The notes under the pieces: model-generated | Seen by the model: the letters and a program-made list of their open reading frames with translations, nothing else | Told to the model about the DNA's origin: nothing | Databases searched by the model: none | NCBI GenBank assembly: GCA_963770565.1 | Contig: CAVYQE010000011.1 | Coordinates: 736,001-800,000 of the forward strand | Direction of reading: 5' to 3' | Length of the DNA stretch: 64,000 nucleotides | Origin: an uncultured Actinomycetota bacterium | Lineage (GTDB): Bacteria > Actinomycetota > Actinomycetes > JAFAQI01 | Position numbers and translations under genes: made by a program | Part shown: piece after piece, positions 10,566-20,454 of the stretch | How the letters are laid out: each line of letters begins with the position of its first letter | Numbering within the stretch: the stretch's first letter is position 1

Positions 10566-11551
10566 TCGCCCACCATGCGCTCAGCGCTGAAGCGCGCGAC
10601 TGCGTCGCTCCGACAGTCCTGCCGGCGCAGCGTGTGAGCGCGACCGACGGCGTCGGTCGCTTCGGCGACGGAGGCCACCAGGAAGCCGGTGACGCCGGGC
10701 CGGATGAGCTCCGGCATCGATCCGCGGAGAAACGCGATGACCGGTGTACCGGCCGCCAGGGCCTCGACCACCGAGAGCCCGAACGGCTCGTCGAAGGAGA
10801 TCAGGTGCAGGAGCGCGATGGCCTCGCCGAGCAGCCGGTCCCGATCGGCCGGGCCGACGACCCCGACGTAGCTCACGTCATCGTGCCCGAGATGCGGCTC
10901 GACGAACTCGTCGAAGTACTCCTGGTCGTGCACGATCCCGGCGATGACGAGCGGCAACCCGGAGCGCCGCGCGACCTCGATGGCGAGATGAGTGCCCTTG
11001 TCCGGGTGGATCCGACCGAGGAAGAGCAGGTACCGGCCCGCCTCGGCGCGAAACGTGAACTGCGCCATGTTGATGCCGTGATGGATCGTCGCCTCGTAGC
11101 CGAGATCCGGGTGCCGGTCGGCGTCGCTGATCGCGACGTACCGCGCGATGTCGTCGTACCGCCGGTACACCGGAAGGATGCGTTCGGAGGAGAAGCCGTG
11201 GATCGTGGTGACCACCGGGGTCTTCACCAAACGGCTGTAGGTGAGCGGCAGGAAGTCGAACTGGTTCGAGATGACGTCGAAGTCATCGGCACGCTCGAAG
11301 ACCGCCGCGTTGTGCAGCCCTTCGAAGACCTTGGCGTCGACCTCGGGGTCGTCCTCGTAGCCGTGCGGGGCTTCGGCGTGCAGGGTTGCCGACGTCAGCG
11401 AGTCGCCGGTCGCGAACAAGGTCACGTCGTGTCCGAGCGCGACCAGCCCTTCGGTCAGCGTGGACGCGACCTGCTCCCATGGCCCGTAGCCCCGCGGCGG
11501 GGTGCGGTGGGCGATCGAAGCGATCACGCCGATCCGAAGTGGTTGGCTCAC
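10451..11551 (-). CDS. Glycosyltransferase family 4
   Basis: PPRGYGPWE, GHDVTLFATGDS, FLGRIHPDKG and EPFGLSVVEALAAGTPVIA motifs. Confidence 0.92.
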   Translation of the reverse strand: MSQPLRIGVIASIAHRTPPRGYGPWEQVASTLTEGLVALGHDVTLFATGDSLTSATLHAEAPHGYEDDPEVDAKVFEGLHNAAVFERADDFDVISNQFDFLPLTYSRLVKTPVVTTIHGFSSERILPVYRRYDDIARYVAISDADRHPDLGYEATIHHGINMAQFTFRAEAGRYLLFLGRIHPDKGTHLAIEVARRSGLPLVIAGIVHDQEYFDEFVEPHLGHDDVSYVGVVGPADRDRLLGEAIALLHLISFDEPFGLSVVEALAAGTPVIAFLRGSMPELIRPGVTGFLVASVAEATDAVGRAHTLRRQDCRSDAVARFSAERMVGDYAELFARVVAEDARAPKRSSRPGRPTNANRTEVSLAP

Positions 11552-11631
11552 GGCCGCGGTCGCACGGGGTGACCGCCGCCGAAGGTGTCCGCGACGTTGT
11601 ACGGATCGAGCTGCGGGGAGCGCCGATTGCG

Positions 11632-13254
11632 GTGTTCGTGGACGCCGAGGCGATCGGTGCAGCGCACACCCCAGAAGGCATCAGGGTGCGTCGCCTGCTG
11701 ACCGGACTGGGCCTCGATGTCGTTCACGTCGTCGGCGATGGTCCAACGCTACCCGCGCCGACAGTTGCGTGCTTCGGGCGTGACCATCCGCAGATTCCTC
11801 AATGCCATGCCTGGTTCGTCGGGGCGGGTGCGTGCCCGGCCTGGATGCACCCCACGGATGGGAACGGGTGGCGCGCGACGGTCGAGATTCTCGCGCTGCT
11901 GGGCACCGGCTTCGTGCAGGAGCGCGCGGCGGCTGCCTTTCGGTCAGCGGGTGCCGGCGGTGGCCCGGTCTCGACCATTGAGTACGCCCACGACGGGATC
12001 GTCGGGGGGATCGACGCGGCCGCGTGCGTCGCCGAGCCGCGTCGCGCCGCGCCGCTGTTGACGCCACTCGATGCCCGGTATCGCCGTGAGCTGGTCTCGG
12101 CGTCACTCGATGCGTTGGAACGGTGCCGCGCCGGCAACGGTGCGATCGGCGCGGCGCCGCCGCCGGTCTCCCCGGATCACACGGACTACTGGTTCTTCTG
12201 GCAACGCGACGCGGCTCATGTCGCGCTTGCACTTGCTGCGACGGCGCGCTCCGAGGTCGATGACGTGGCCCGCCGGAGGGCGGGCGCCCTGCTCGACTCG
12301 TACCTCGGCTTCATCGGCTACCTCGGCCCCGAGCTCGAGCGAGGGGGCGACGTCGGCGCCAGCCGGTGCACGATGGCCGGCCGTCCCGTGGGCGGGTACG
12401 GCGATCCGCAGCCCGATGGCCCTGCGGCGACCGCGCTCGCGGTCCTCTCCGCGATCGATGACGCTCATGCTGCACTGTCGATCGCGCGGCCGTTCCTCGA
12501 CTTCCTCTGCAGCACCGAGGCGATGCTGCCCGCCTTCGACCTCTGGGAGCTGACCGTCGGCACGTCGTTTCATGCGGTCAACCTCATGCGCCGGGCGTTG
12601 CGCCTCGGGGCCGCGACCGCGGCAGCTGCCAACGACCCGGCCGCTGATCGGTATCTCGATGCCGCGACGCGGACGGGCTCGCTGCTCGACACCTTCCGCG
12701 ATCCATCCACCGGCACGCTCGCCCACGTGCTCCGTCCGCAGCCGCCGTGGCTCGACCTCACCAGCCAGCTCGACGTGAGTGCGGTCGGCAGCGTCCTGCT
12801 CGGCTACGACCCCACCGACGCGACGATGACCGTGGACGACCCTGGGGTCGTCGCGACGATGTGCCAGCTCGACGATCGCTTTGCGTTGCGTTGGCCGATC
12901 AACATCGCGTGGCGATCGGCCGGACGCGCGGGGGCCGGGCTGGGCCGCTTTCCGGAGGACTGCAACGACGGCACCGGGTCGACGGGGGGCAATCCCTGGC
13001 CGGTCGCGACGCTCTGGGCGGCGCAGTATCACCTCCGCAGAGCGCAGGGCGGCCCGCACCTCGACCCGAGGAATGCAGCCGACCAAGCGGCGGAAGTCGT
13101 ACAGGCGCTCGGCTTCTTGTCCTTCGTGACCTCCCACTGCAATGTCGCATCGATCGGCGAACAGATCGATGGAGCGACTGGCGCCGGCCGCGGCCCGCGA
13201 CCACTTGCCTGGGCCCACGCCGAACTGCTCACGACCCTCTCGCTGCTCCCGTGA
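11632..13254 (+). CDS. GH15 glucoamylase-like (alpha/alpha)6 hydrolase with N-terminal extension (start uncertain)
   Basis: DYWFFWQRDAA, GDPQPDGPA, FDLWE, GRFPED, GGNPWPVATLW, EQID and LAWAHA motifs resemble GH15. The ORF from 11386 overlaps the divergent GT4, so the true start is later. Confidence 0.75.
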   Translation: MFVDAEAIGAAHTPEGIRVRRLLTGLGLDVVHVVGDGPTLPAPTVACFGRDHPQIPQCHAWFVGAGACPAWMHPTDGNGWRATVEILALLGTGFVQERAAAAFRSAGAGGGPVSTIEYAHDGIVGGIDAAACVAEPRRAAPLLTPLDARYRRELVSASLDALERCRAGNGAIGAAPPPVSPDHTDYWFFWQRDAAHVALALAATARSEVDDVARRRAGALLDSYLGFIGYLGPELERGGDVGASRCTMAGRPVGGYGDPQPDGPAATALAVLSAIDDAHAALSIARPFLDFLCSTEAMLPAFDLWELTVGTSFHAVNLMRRALRLGAATAAAANDPAADRYLDAATRTGSLLDTFRDPSTGTLAHVLRPQPPWLDLTSQLDVSAVGSVLLGYDPTDATMTVDDPGVVATMCQLDDRFALRWPINIAWRSAGRAGAGLGRFPEDCNDGTGSTGGNPWPVATLWAAQYHLRRAQGGPHLDPRNAADQAAEVVQALGFLSFVTSHCNVASIGEQIDGATGAGRGPRPLAWAHAELLTTLSLLP

Positions 13255-13258
13255 CGTC

Positions 13259-15562
13259 CTACATCGCAGGGGAGTAGACGGTCGCGGCTACGGTCTTGCC
13301 GTCCGAGAGCAGTTCCTCGACCTCTTGGGGTGAGGACGGTCGGCCTAGCAGGAAGCCTTGTCCGACCTGGCAACCGAGCGCGTCGAGGAACCTGAGCTGG
13401 CTCTCTTCCTCGATTCCTTCCGGGATGACTTCGAGCTGGAGTCGTTGGCCGAGGGTGACGATGCCGTCGAGGATCGCCGGGTTCGGCGCGCCGTCGAGTG
13501 TGCCGGAGACGAACGCCCGGTCGATCTTGAGGATGTCGACCGGCAACCGGTCGAGGTATCCGAGGCTCGAGTAGCCGGTTCCGAAGTCGTCGATGGCAAC
13601 CTTCACGCCGATGCTCTGAAGGTCGAGCAGGTTCTCGGCGGCGATTCCGTGCGGGTCGATCAGGACGGACTCGGTGACCTCTAGCACCAGTGAGGTTGGC
13701 GCGAGATCAGCCTCTGCCAGGGCGTTGCGAACCACCGCGACGAAGTCAGGCTTCTCGACCTGGCAGGCCGAGACGTTGACCGAGAGGTAGAGGTCGGGGC
13801 GGTGGTGGGCGATTTGCCAGCCACGCAGTTGGCTTCCGGCGATGCGCAGCACCGCCGCGCCGATGTCCACGAGGGCACCGGTTGCCTCCGCGGCGGAGAT
13901 GAACGCGTCGGGGAAGAGCAGACCGCGGGTGGGGTGCTGCCAGCGGACGAGAGCCTCGAATCCGACCGGCGTACGGGTTTGGAGTTCGACGAGGGCCTGG
14001 TAGCTGAGCACGAGCTCGTCGCGCCGGGTGGCGTTGAGGACGTCCTTGCTGAGCTGTGCAATGTCGTCGGCTGCGTGCTCAAGGTCGGTGGTGTATTGCT
14101 CGACGCGGCCCTTGCCGCTCCGCTTCGCGTGGTACATCGCGATGTCCGCCTCGCGGAGCAGGTCCTCCGGGTCCGCGGCCTCTGATCGGAACGTGAGCCC
14201 GACGCTGGCGGTGACTTGCACGGTCGCGGTATCGAGTGTTACCGGGCGGGCCAGCGACGAGATGATCCGATCGCCCACTGCGACGGCCGCGTCCTTGGTG
14301 CCAAGGCCGGCGAGGAGGATGGCGAACTCGTCGCCGCCGAAGCGGGCGATCAGGTCAGTCGGACGAACGATCTCGCTGAGCCGATCCGCGACGGCGGTGA
14401 GGAGCGCGTCGCCCGCCGGGTGACCCAGGCTGTCGTTGACGTCTTTGAAGTCGTCGAGGTCGATGAAGAGTAAGGCGGCCAGCCCGGGCCGGCGTTGAAG
14501 GCGATTTCCTGCGAGGTCGCAGAACGCAGTCCGGTTGTGAAGCCCGGTCAGCGGATCGGTCGTCGCCCTCCGCTTGAGTTGCGCGCCGACGACGGACAGC
14601 TGGCGGTTGAGGTCAATGAGCCGCGCCATCACGAGCACGCAGCAAGCGGCACTGGTGAGCGAGGCGAACACCCTCACGTCGGGGTCCAGCAGGAGGATGG
14701 TCGGCCCGGTGAGTATCGCCGCAAAGAGGAAGCCGATCCGCTCTGCTGACAGCCGGGTACTCGGCCGTGGCCGGTGATCCGTGACCGATGTGGCGTGGGG
14801 GTGTAGCGCGGCCATTCCCACGAGGAGGTACGAGGACATCCACAGGCCGTCGGGCGCGCCCCCGAAGTGGTAGGTCCCGGCAGCGAGCTGGGACGTGTAG
14901 ACGCTGTCGCCGAACAGAAGGCACACGAAGCTGGCGGCAAGCATTCCGATTGCACCGTTGCGCCAGCCGCCGGCGACGACGAACCGCACGAGCAAGATGA
15001 AGACCATCAGGTCCATGCCCGGGTAGGCGATCGACACGATGTGCGAAGCAGGCGACATCGGCGTGTGCACGATCGGCGCGATCAGATACTGCCAGGTCGT
15101 GGCCGCTCCAGCCACCGCCAAGATGGCCGCGTCGAGCGCATCGCCACGACGCTCGGCCCGCCTGCGGCGCTGGGTGAGTGCCCACAGCGCGACGCCGAAG
15201 CACGGATACATCGCCAACCAAGGGATATCGACGACTGACGGGAACGGAAGCGGTCGACCGGTCGCGAGCGGGTAGGCGTAGTACGGCACATTCGCAGCGG
15301 TGGACAGCAGCATCGCAGCGGCGAGTGCCGACCACGCGACCCGGTTCGTGCCCCGACTCCGCACTGCTGCGATCGCCGCGGCGACCGCCGCGGTGAAGTT
15401 GATCGTGTTCGTGACCGCGGCCTGCCCCGAGCCGGCGCGCGTGAGGGAGTAGTAGCCGGAGATCGCGATGAGGCCAACGGTCGCGTACCACGCCCACGCC
15501 ATCCGGCGCCACGCCGGTCGCCGCGTGAGGCTGGGCGGTGTGGCCACCCAGGGAGAGGCCAT
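13259..15562 (-). CDS. Membrane GGDEF-EAL diguanylate cyclase/phosphodiesterase (start uncertain)
   Basis: Multi-pass TM region; RPTD..RFGGDEF (I-site plus active site); FEALVRW, DDFGTGYSSL and EGIE. Confidence 0.92.
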   Translation of the reverse strand: MASPWVATPPSLTRRPAWRRMAWAWYATVGLIAISGYYSLTRAGSGQAAVTNTINFTAAVAAAIAAVRSRGTNRVAWSALAAAMLLSTAANVPYYAYPLATGRPLPFPSVVDIPWLAMYPCFGVALWALTQRRRRAERRGDALDAAILAVAGAATTWQYLIAPIVHTPMSPASHIVSIAYPGMDLMVFILLVRFVVAGGWRNGAIGMLAASFVCLLFGDSVYTSQLAAGTYHFGGAPDGLWMSSYLLVGMAALHPHATSVTDHRPRPSTRLSAERIGFLFAAILTGPTILLLDPDVRVFASLTSAACCVLVMARLIDLNRQLSVVGAQLKRRATTDPLTGLHNRTAFCDLAGNRLQRRPGLAALLFIDLDDFKDVNDSLGHPAGDALLTAVADRLSEIVRPTDLIARFGGDEFAILLAGLGTKDAAVAVGDRIISSLARPVTLDTATVQVTASVGLTFRSEAADPEDLLREADIAMYHAKRSGKGRVEQYTTDLEHAADDIAQLSKDVLNATRRDELVLSYQALVELQTRTPVGFEALVRWQHPTRGLLFPDAFISAAEATGALVDIGAAVLRIAGSQLRGWQIAHHRPDLYLSVNVSACQVEKPDFVAVVRNALAEADLAPTSLVLEVTESVLIDPHGIAAENLLDLQSIGVKVAIDDFGTGYSSLGYLDRLPVDILKIDRAFVSGTLDGAPNPAILDGIVTLGQRLQLEVIPEGIEEESQLRFLDALGCQVGQGFLLGRPSSPQEVEELLSDGKTVAATVYSPAM

Positions 15563-15598
15563 ACCCAAATTCTCGACCACGCCTGACCCCGCGGGCAT

Positions 15599-15612
15599 GG
15601 GACCAAGGTCCC
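15599..15612. promoter_or_regulatory. Palindromic DosR/DevR-like box GGGACCAAGGTCCC
   Basis: Exact match to the GGGAC-N4-GTCCC core, upstream of the GGDEF-EAL gene. Confidence 0.5.
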
Positions 15613-15714
15613 GAACCCCCACACTTTGGTCGGGAAGGTACGGAGCGATCGGCCTAGTCCGGGAGCGTCCGGATGCCCCGTCGACGTGCTCTGGCACCGG
15701 CTCCGACGTCCAGC

Positions 15715-15752
15715 AACGCAGAGGCCCGGTCGTGAGACCGGGCCTCTGCGTT
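15715..15752. terminator. Perfect 17-bp stem hairpin (terminator-like)
   Basis: AACGCAGAGGCCCGGTC-GTGA-GACCGGGCCTCTGCGTT. Confidence 0.7.
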
Positions 15753-15761
15753 CGTGTCTGC

Positions 15762-15859
15762 CGTCATACTCAGCCGCTGATGCCTGCCGCCTGGCATTCC
15801 GCCTTGTAGGCGGAATGCAGAGCTGGGGGCATCGATCTCTGCGTACCGCGCTGATGACG
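15762..15859. ncRNA. Candidate structured RNA (long nested hairpin)
   Basis: Nested pairings CGTCAT/ATGACG, CAGC/GCTG and GATGCC/GGCATC around a perfect inner hairpin GCATTCCGCC-TTGTA-GGCGGAATGC. Confidence 0.35.
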
Positions 15860-16154
15860 TCGTGTCCGGCAAGATCACACTCACCGAACCCTTACCCGCC
15901 GCCGTTAGCGGCGCGAACTGCACCATCGCAAGGCCTTCGATTGGCGATTCACGCCATACCTCCCCTACTGGGCAGGCCGCACATGGGCTTTGGCCCGTCG
16001 CATTTCGTCGCTGTCCAATACCCTCCCGGCAGACTGACCTCGATAGGGCCGAAGGTCGCTTCACGCGCATGCTTCGGACCCCCTCATTGCCGGACTCAGC
16101 CACTGATGGGCCCACGGCGCTCGGATCGCTGGCTGCTCGCTCCGCAACCGGCAA

Positions 16155-17483
16155 CTACGACGGCGGGACGCCGTTGTCGCGCTCGATCAGCCAGTCCCGC
16201 AGCTGTCTCCATACCCGCGGGTGGTTGAGCAGGTCGAGGTGATGCAATCGGCCGAGATGTCGGCCTCGTTCAGCGCGGAGAGGTAACGCGCGGCGAGCGC
16301 CCTTGCCCGAGGCGCTGGGGAAGGTGACGAGGGCATCGCCGATCGTTCGGGCGATCACATGGTCCTGATCGCGGCTCAACGTCGCGCCGATGTAGTAGTG
16401 CTCGGCAGTGTCGAGCAGCGGTGCACAGTCGGTCGGCTCGGGTCGCAAGGCGTCGGGATCGATGACGTCGGCCCAGTCCTCGGGCCGTACGTCGCCATAT
16501 CTGAGGTCTTTGATGCCAACGCTACGGCTCGCGAGCGCGCCCGCGAGCGGGCGGGTCTCGGGTAGCTTTCGCAGCGCGACACCGGCCGCAACCGCGGCCA
16601 TCTCGAGGGGTGCGCCGAGGTGCGGCGTACCGAGGTAGACCACCCGGCGAACGAGATCGACCCACGGCTCGTCGCCCCGCCGGCCATGGCAGCAGGAAGA
16701 ACGGATCACCAGGCCGCCCATCGAGTGGCCGACCAGGGTCAGCCGGGTGACCTCGACCGGCCAGTGGGCGACGAGATCGGAAAGCAACGCCGCGAGCTGC
16801 TCGCCGTTGGCGGAGACGTGCAGACCGGTGTTGTACCGCAGGTACACGGGGGTTGCACCGGCCTCGGCGGCGAGTCTCGACCCGTGCGATGAGTCGCTGT
16901 CGCCGTAGTGCTCATCGGCCTTCATCCACCAGGCGCGCTCGGTCTCGCACAGGCCGTGCACGAAGACGACGAGGTCGTGGCTCGGCCGGGCGAACGCGGT
17001 CCGCAAGCCAGGGGCGGTCAATGCAACGTCGCGCCCGCCTGCTCGTACGGTCATCGTGAGCGCCAGCGGGTTCTGCCAGCGTGCAAGGCGGTCGCCCCAC
17101 GCGCCGTTCAATGCGCCGACGACGACGTTGCTGCGGGGTCGATCGGCCAGCCGGAGGTAGTCCTCGGAGTGGCAGCGCCTGGTCGTGACCTCACCGACAA
17201 CGTGGCCCGCCGCGTACGAGGCGACCCGAATGCCTCCGCCGACCACGGCGTACACGCCTTTGCTGATGCCGCCGACCAGCACACCGATCGCCCCCGCCTG
17301 GGGCCCGGTGAGGGAGAACACCCGCTCGGAGATGGCCGTGTGGACCTCGCCGATCGTTGCGGTCGTCGCCGCCAGGCCGCGACCGGCGATCGCGGCAGTG
17401 GCAATCGCATCAGATCGCCGCGGGTCGTTGCATGCGCCGTCGAACGTAAGGACGATTCCCGCCATCGCCTCATGATGCCCCAT
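16155..17483 (-). CDS. PGAP1-like alpha/beta hydrolase (lipase/esterase)
   Basis: VFVHGLCETE, RYNTGLH, GHSMGG nucleophile, LGTPHLGAPLE, GDALV and HHLDLLNHP. Confidence 0.88.
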   Translation of the reverse strand: MGHHEAMAGIVLTFDGACNDPRRSDAIATAAIAGRGLAATTATIGEVHTAISERVFSLTGPQAGAIGVLVGGISKGVYAVVGGGIRVASYAAGHVVGEVTTRRCHSEDYLRLADRPRSNVVVGALNGAWGDRLARWQNPLALTMTVRAGGRDVALTAPGLRTAFARPSHDLVVFVHGLCETERAWWMKADEHYGDSDSSHGSRLAAEAGATPVYLRYNTGLHVSANGEQLAALLSDLVAHWPVEVTRLTLVGHSMGGLVIRSSCCHGRRGDEPWVDLVRRVVYLGTPHLGAPLEMAAVAAGVALRKLPETRPLAGALASRSVGIKDLRYGDVRPEDWADVIDPDALRPEPTDCAPLLDTAEHYYIGATLSRDQDHVIARTIGDALVTFPSASGKGARRALPLRAERGRHLGRLHHLDLLNHPRVWRQLRDWLIERDNGVPPS

Positions 17484-17785
17484 GGAACTGCGCCGTCACT
17501 GCTCATTCGCGGGTCGCTGCAAGGTCGGCGTTAGCGAGCCAGCTCCCGATTGGCGGCGATCACCCTACGGCCGGAACGACAGCTGCGCAGGGAGAATGAC
17601 CGATGATGCCGCTTGGGCCGGCGGTGCGGCTAGGCAAGATCAACGGCGGCAGCGTCTTCGTTTGTCGCAACGCGTCGAATGGCTGCCGGTTCGGACCTTC
17701 GGCAAAGCCTGGGCGTCGACGATGGAACATTGACGGGATGTCGTGAGTGAGGAGACTTGGCTTTCACGAGATAGGAAGGCCCGTG

Positions 17786-17953
17786 ATGGCAACTGATAGC
17801 GCCGCTGCTCGCGAGGCGATCTTGAAGCGGATCGTTGACCTAGCGCCACAGTCGAGCTCACAGAACATCGCCCATCTGGCCCAGGCATGGGCCTACCTCA
17901 GTGGTATCGCAACACCGGCTGAGACCCCCGTTATCGACGTCGCTATCGGCTAG
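17786..17953 (+). CDS. Small hypothetical protein (55 aa)
   Basis: RBS AGGAAGG 6 nt upstream of the ATG; helical, protein-like composition; sits alone in an intergenic gap. Confidence 0.55.
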   Translation: MATDSAAAREAILKRIVDLAPQSSSQNIAHLAQAWAYLSGIATPAETPVIDVAIG

Positions 17954-18046
17954 GGTCGTCGACCCCGCCCAGCGCGCGACGGAGCCGGGTCGAGCCGCGA
18001 ACAGGTCTGGCTGACATGGCCCGGCACTGCGCCCGCATGACCGCAC

Positions 18047-18817
18047 TCACGGCACAGTCGCCGCGGCGGTTGAGCGCGACAGGGTCGTGCCGTTCACGGC
18101 GCCAAGGGCAGCGAGCGTCTCGCGCCGAAGCTGACGGACCTGTCGCTCGGTGAGCCGGTCGCAGACCCAGTCCCAGTGCAGCGAGACCCAGTCCCCGACG
18201 GCGGGGTCGGCGGCGAGATGCCGGCCCGCTGCGGCGATCCGCACGACCTCGTCGCGTGGGTGGCCCAGGCGCAGCGCGGCGCCATCCCACCCCAGCGGTC
18301 GGCTCGTGACGACGGCCTCGTCGCCGTCGACGCGGAGCAGCCGCCCCCACCGGATCCTGCAGCCCTCGAGGACGGTCAAGGGCTGGTCGACCACGCCGGC
18401 CCGGATCAGCCCGAGCCAGGGGTAGACCCCGAAGACGTGGAAGTTGTGGTGTGGCCGGGCGCCGGCCAGCACACCGGCGAGCAGGTCGTCCCAGGCCCGG
18501 CCGACCCGTGCGCGGAAGCGCTCCTCGAAGGAGTCCCCGAGCGCGCCCAGTGTGACCTGGTCGAGCAGGCGGCCGCCCACCCAGTAGGCCTCGACCACAC
18601 CGGGTGCGAGCGGATCCGCTGTGGCGTTGCAGTGCGCGATCAACTCGAGGTACGGCCAGGCGCCCTCGAAGCCACGCGCGGCCTCGCTGAGCGCGCCGTC
18701 GACAACCCGGGCGGCGACCTGGTCGAGCAGCGCATCGGGGTCGTCCGGGCCGCAGTAGCCGAGCGAGTTCGGCGGGTACGCGTACCGCGCGAACATCAGG
18801 GCGCCGCCGTCGGTCAT
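18047..18817 (-). CDS. DUF6390-like hydrogenase-operon protein
   Basis: FARYAYPPNSLGYCGP, FEGAWPYLELIA, VEAYWVG, PHHNFHVF, CRIRWG and VGDWVSLHWDWVC; last gene of the operon. Confidence 0.8.
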   Translation of the reverse strand: MTDGGALMFARYAYPPNSLGYCGPDDPDALLDQVAARVVDGALSEAARGFEGAWPYLELIAHCNATADPLAPGVVEAYWVGGRLLDQVTLGALGDSFEERFRARVGRAWDDLLAGVLAGARPHHNFHVFGVYPWLGLIRAGVVDQPLTVLEGCRIRWGRLLRVDGDEAVVTSRPLGWDGAALRLGHPRDEVVRIAAAGRHLAADPAVGDWVSLHWDWVCDRLTERQVRQLRRETLAALGAVNGTTLSRSTAAATVP

Positions 18818-18824
18818 GGCTGCC

Positions 18825-19784
18825 TCACGCGGGCACGGTATGCCGGTCGCGGGTGATGGCAGACCCCACCACCATCGCCGCCCCTAGGGCAACGACGCCG
18901 AGCCCGATGGCCTGAGGGGCGAGCGGCTGGTGCTGCCAGAGCGTGTTCAGCAGCGCTGTGATGAGCGCCCCACCGACCAGCACGGCCGTGACGTCCACCG
19001 CCTGCGCCCGGGCGAGCGCGGCGAACCAGGTCGCGACGTACATGCCGAGGATCACACCGGTGGCCAGGACCCAGCCCCACTGCCGGGCATCCAGCGTGAG
19101 GAGCTGGTGCAGGTTGCCGCGCAGCGCGACCCAACCGATGAGCAACGCGGAGCCGAGGACCATCCGGGTGAGTGCCACCGTCCACGACGAGAGGTCGGCG
19201 AGCAGCCGCTTGGCGACGACGACCTCGACCGACCAGATCAGCGTCGCGGCGAGGATCATCACCTCGCCTTGGCCGAACGGCATCCTCAGCGTGCCGGTGA
19301 TGCTGTCCTTGATCGCACCGATGCTCTCGCCCGTCATGGCCTGGCCGAGCAGCAGCAGCACGATTGCGCCGGCCTGAAGCGACCCCAGCCGTTCCTTCAG
19401 GATCGGTAGGGCGAGCAGCGCGACCCAGACCACGAGCGTCTTCTGCAGGAAGGCGGCGTGCACCGAGGACGAGCGGGACAGGCCCTCGAAGAACAACACG
19501 AACGCCACGCACCCGCCGAGGCTCCCGACCACGGCCAGGCCCAGCCAGTGGAAGCGGGTGCTGGGTCGCTGGAGCACCGGCGCAGAGCCGGACCGCGACA
19601 GCGCGGCCACGAGCGCGATCAGGACCACGGCGCTGACCGCGTTCTTCGCGGTCGTGTAGACGGTGGCGTCGCCGACGGCCTTGACGCCGTACCCGTTGAC
19701 AAAGATGGCCACGCCGCTGATCACGGCCGCCCCTCCCGCCAGCAGCAGGCCGGCCCGCGGGCGGCCCTCCCCGAGCAGGTTCAT
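18825..19784 (-). CDS. EamA/DMT family transporter
   Basis: About 10 hydrophobic segments in two repeats; LPILKERL motif. Confidence 0.85.
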   Translation of the reverse strand: MNLLGEGRPRAGLLLAGGAAVISGVAIFVNGYGVKAVGDATVYTTAKNAVSAVVLIALVAALSRSGSAPVLQRPSTRFHWLGLAVVGSLGGCVAFVLFFEGLSRSSSVHAAFLQKTLVVWVALLALPILKERLGSLQAGAIVLLLLGQAMTGESIGAIKDSITGTLRMPFGQGEVMILAATLIWSVEVVVAKRLLADLSSWTVALTRMVLGSALLIGWVALRGNLHQLLTLDARQWGWVLATGVILGMYVATWFAALARAQAVDVTAVLVGGALITALLNTLWQHQPLAPQAIGLGVVALGAAMVVGSAITRDRHTVPA

Positions 19785-20002
19785 CGTTCGTCCTCCAGCT
19801 CCGCCCAGACCGCGTTGGTCGCGGTGGCTTCAGACTCGTCCATCCGCCGTACGACGAGGCCCGCGTGCACGAGCACCCAGTCGCCGACGGTCACCGGCTC
19901 GCCGGCAGCAAGCAGCAGCACGGTGCGCTCCCGTCCGCGCTCGTCGACGACGGCACTGGCGTCGTCGATCCGCAGAACTCGGCAAGGCGCGGTCGTGCAC
20001 AT
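19781..20002 (-). CDS. hypC: Hydrogenase assembly chaperone HypC/HupF
   Basis: N-terminal MC, VGDWVLVHAG and MDESEA; 73 aa. Confidence 0.88.
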   Translation of the reverse strand: MCTTAPCRVLRIDDASAVVDERGRERTVLLLAAGEPVTVGDWVLVHAGLVVRRMDESEATATNAVWAELEDER

Positions 20003-20454
20003 CAGGGCACTCCCGCTGCGCGCAGAACCTCGGCGGCCGCCCGGTCGACGGCATGGGCGACGGCCTCGGTGAGGTCGGCGCCGGTCGTCACGTCGGCGAG
20101 CTCGACGCCGACCACCACCAGCCGTTCCGGCAGCCGGCCGAGGGCGCGGGCCAGCTCTACTGCCTCGGGGACCCCTAACCCGTGGGTCCCTGCGGTGGGC
20201 CGCCGAGCCGGCCACCGGGCCTCGTCGACGACGCTGACCGTCACGGCACCCGCCTCCGCGCCGGATCGGACTGCGTCCACGACAACGACGCTGTGGTACC
20301 GGTCGAACACGTCGAGCAGCTCCAGCGGGGTGGCGACCGGCACGACCGTGACTCCCGCCGCGCCGAGCTCGCGGACCCGGTCGGCGACGACCGTGCCGAT
20401 CGCATCGTCGCCACGGTCTCCCGCGCCGACGCCGACGACGGCGCACCCGCTCAT
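20002..20454 (-). CDS. Hydrogenase maturation endopeptidase
   Basis: VVGVG...RGDDAIG, VVVDAV and THGLG motifs; follows the large subunit. Confidence 0.9.
   Translation of the reverse strand: MSGCAVVGVGAGDRGDDAIGTVVADRVRELGAAGVTVVPVATPLELLDVFDRYHSVVVVDAVRSGAEAGAVTVSVVDEARWPARRPTAGTHGLGVPEAVELARALGRLPERLVVVGVELADVTTGADLTEAVAHAVDRAAAEVLRAAGVP

Noticed and set aside
15762-15859. SAM-IV or c-di-GMP riboswitch
   Set aside because: The diagnostic conserved nucleotides were not found by eye; it is reported only as an unassigned structure.
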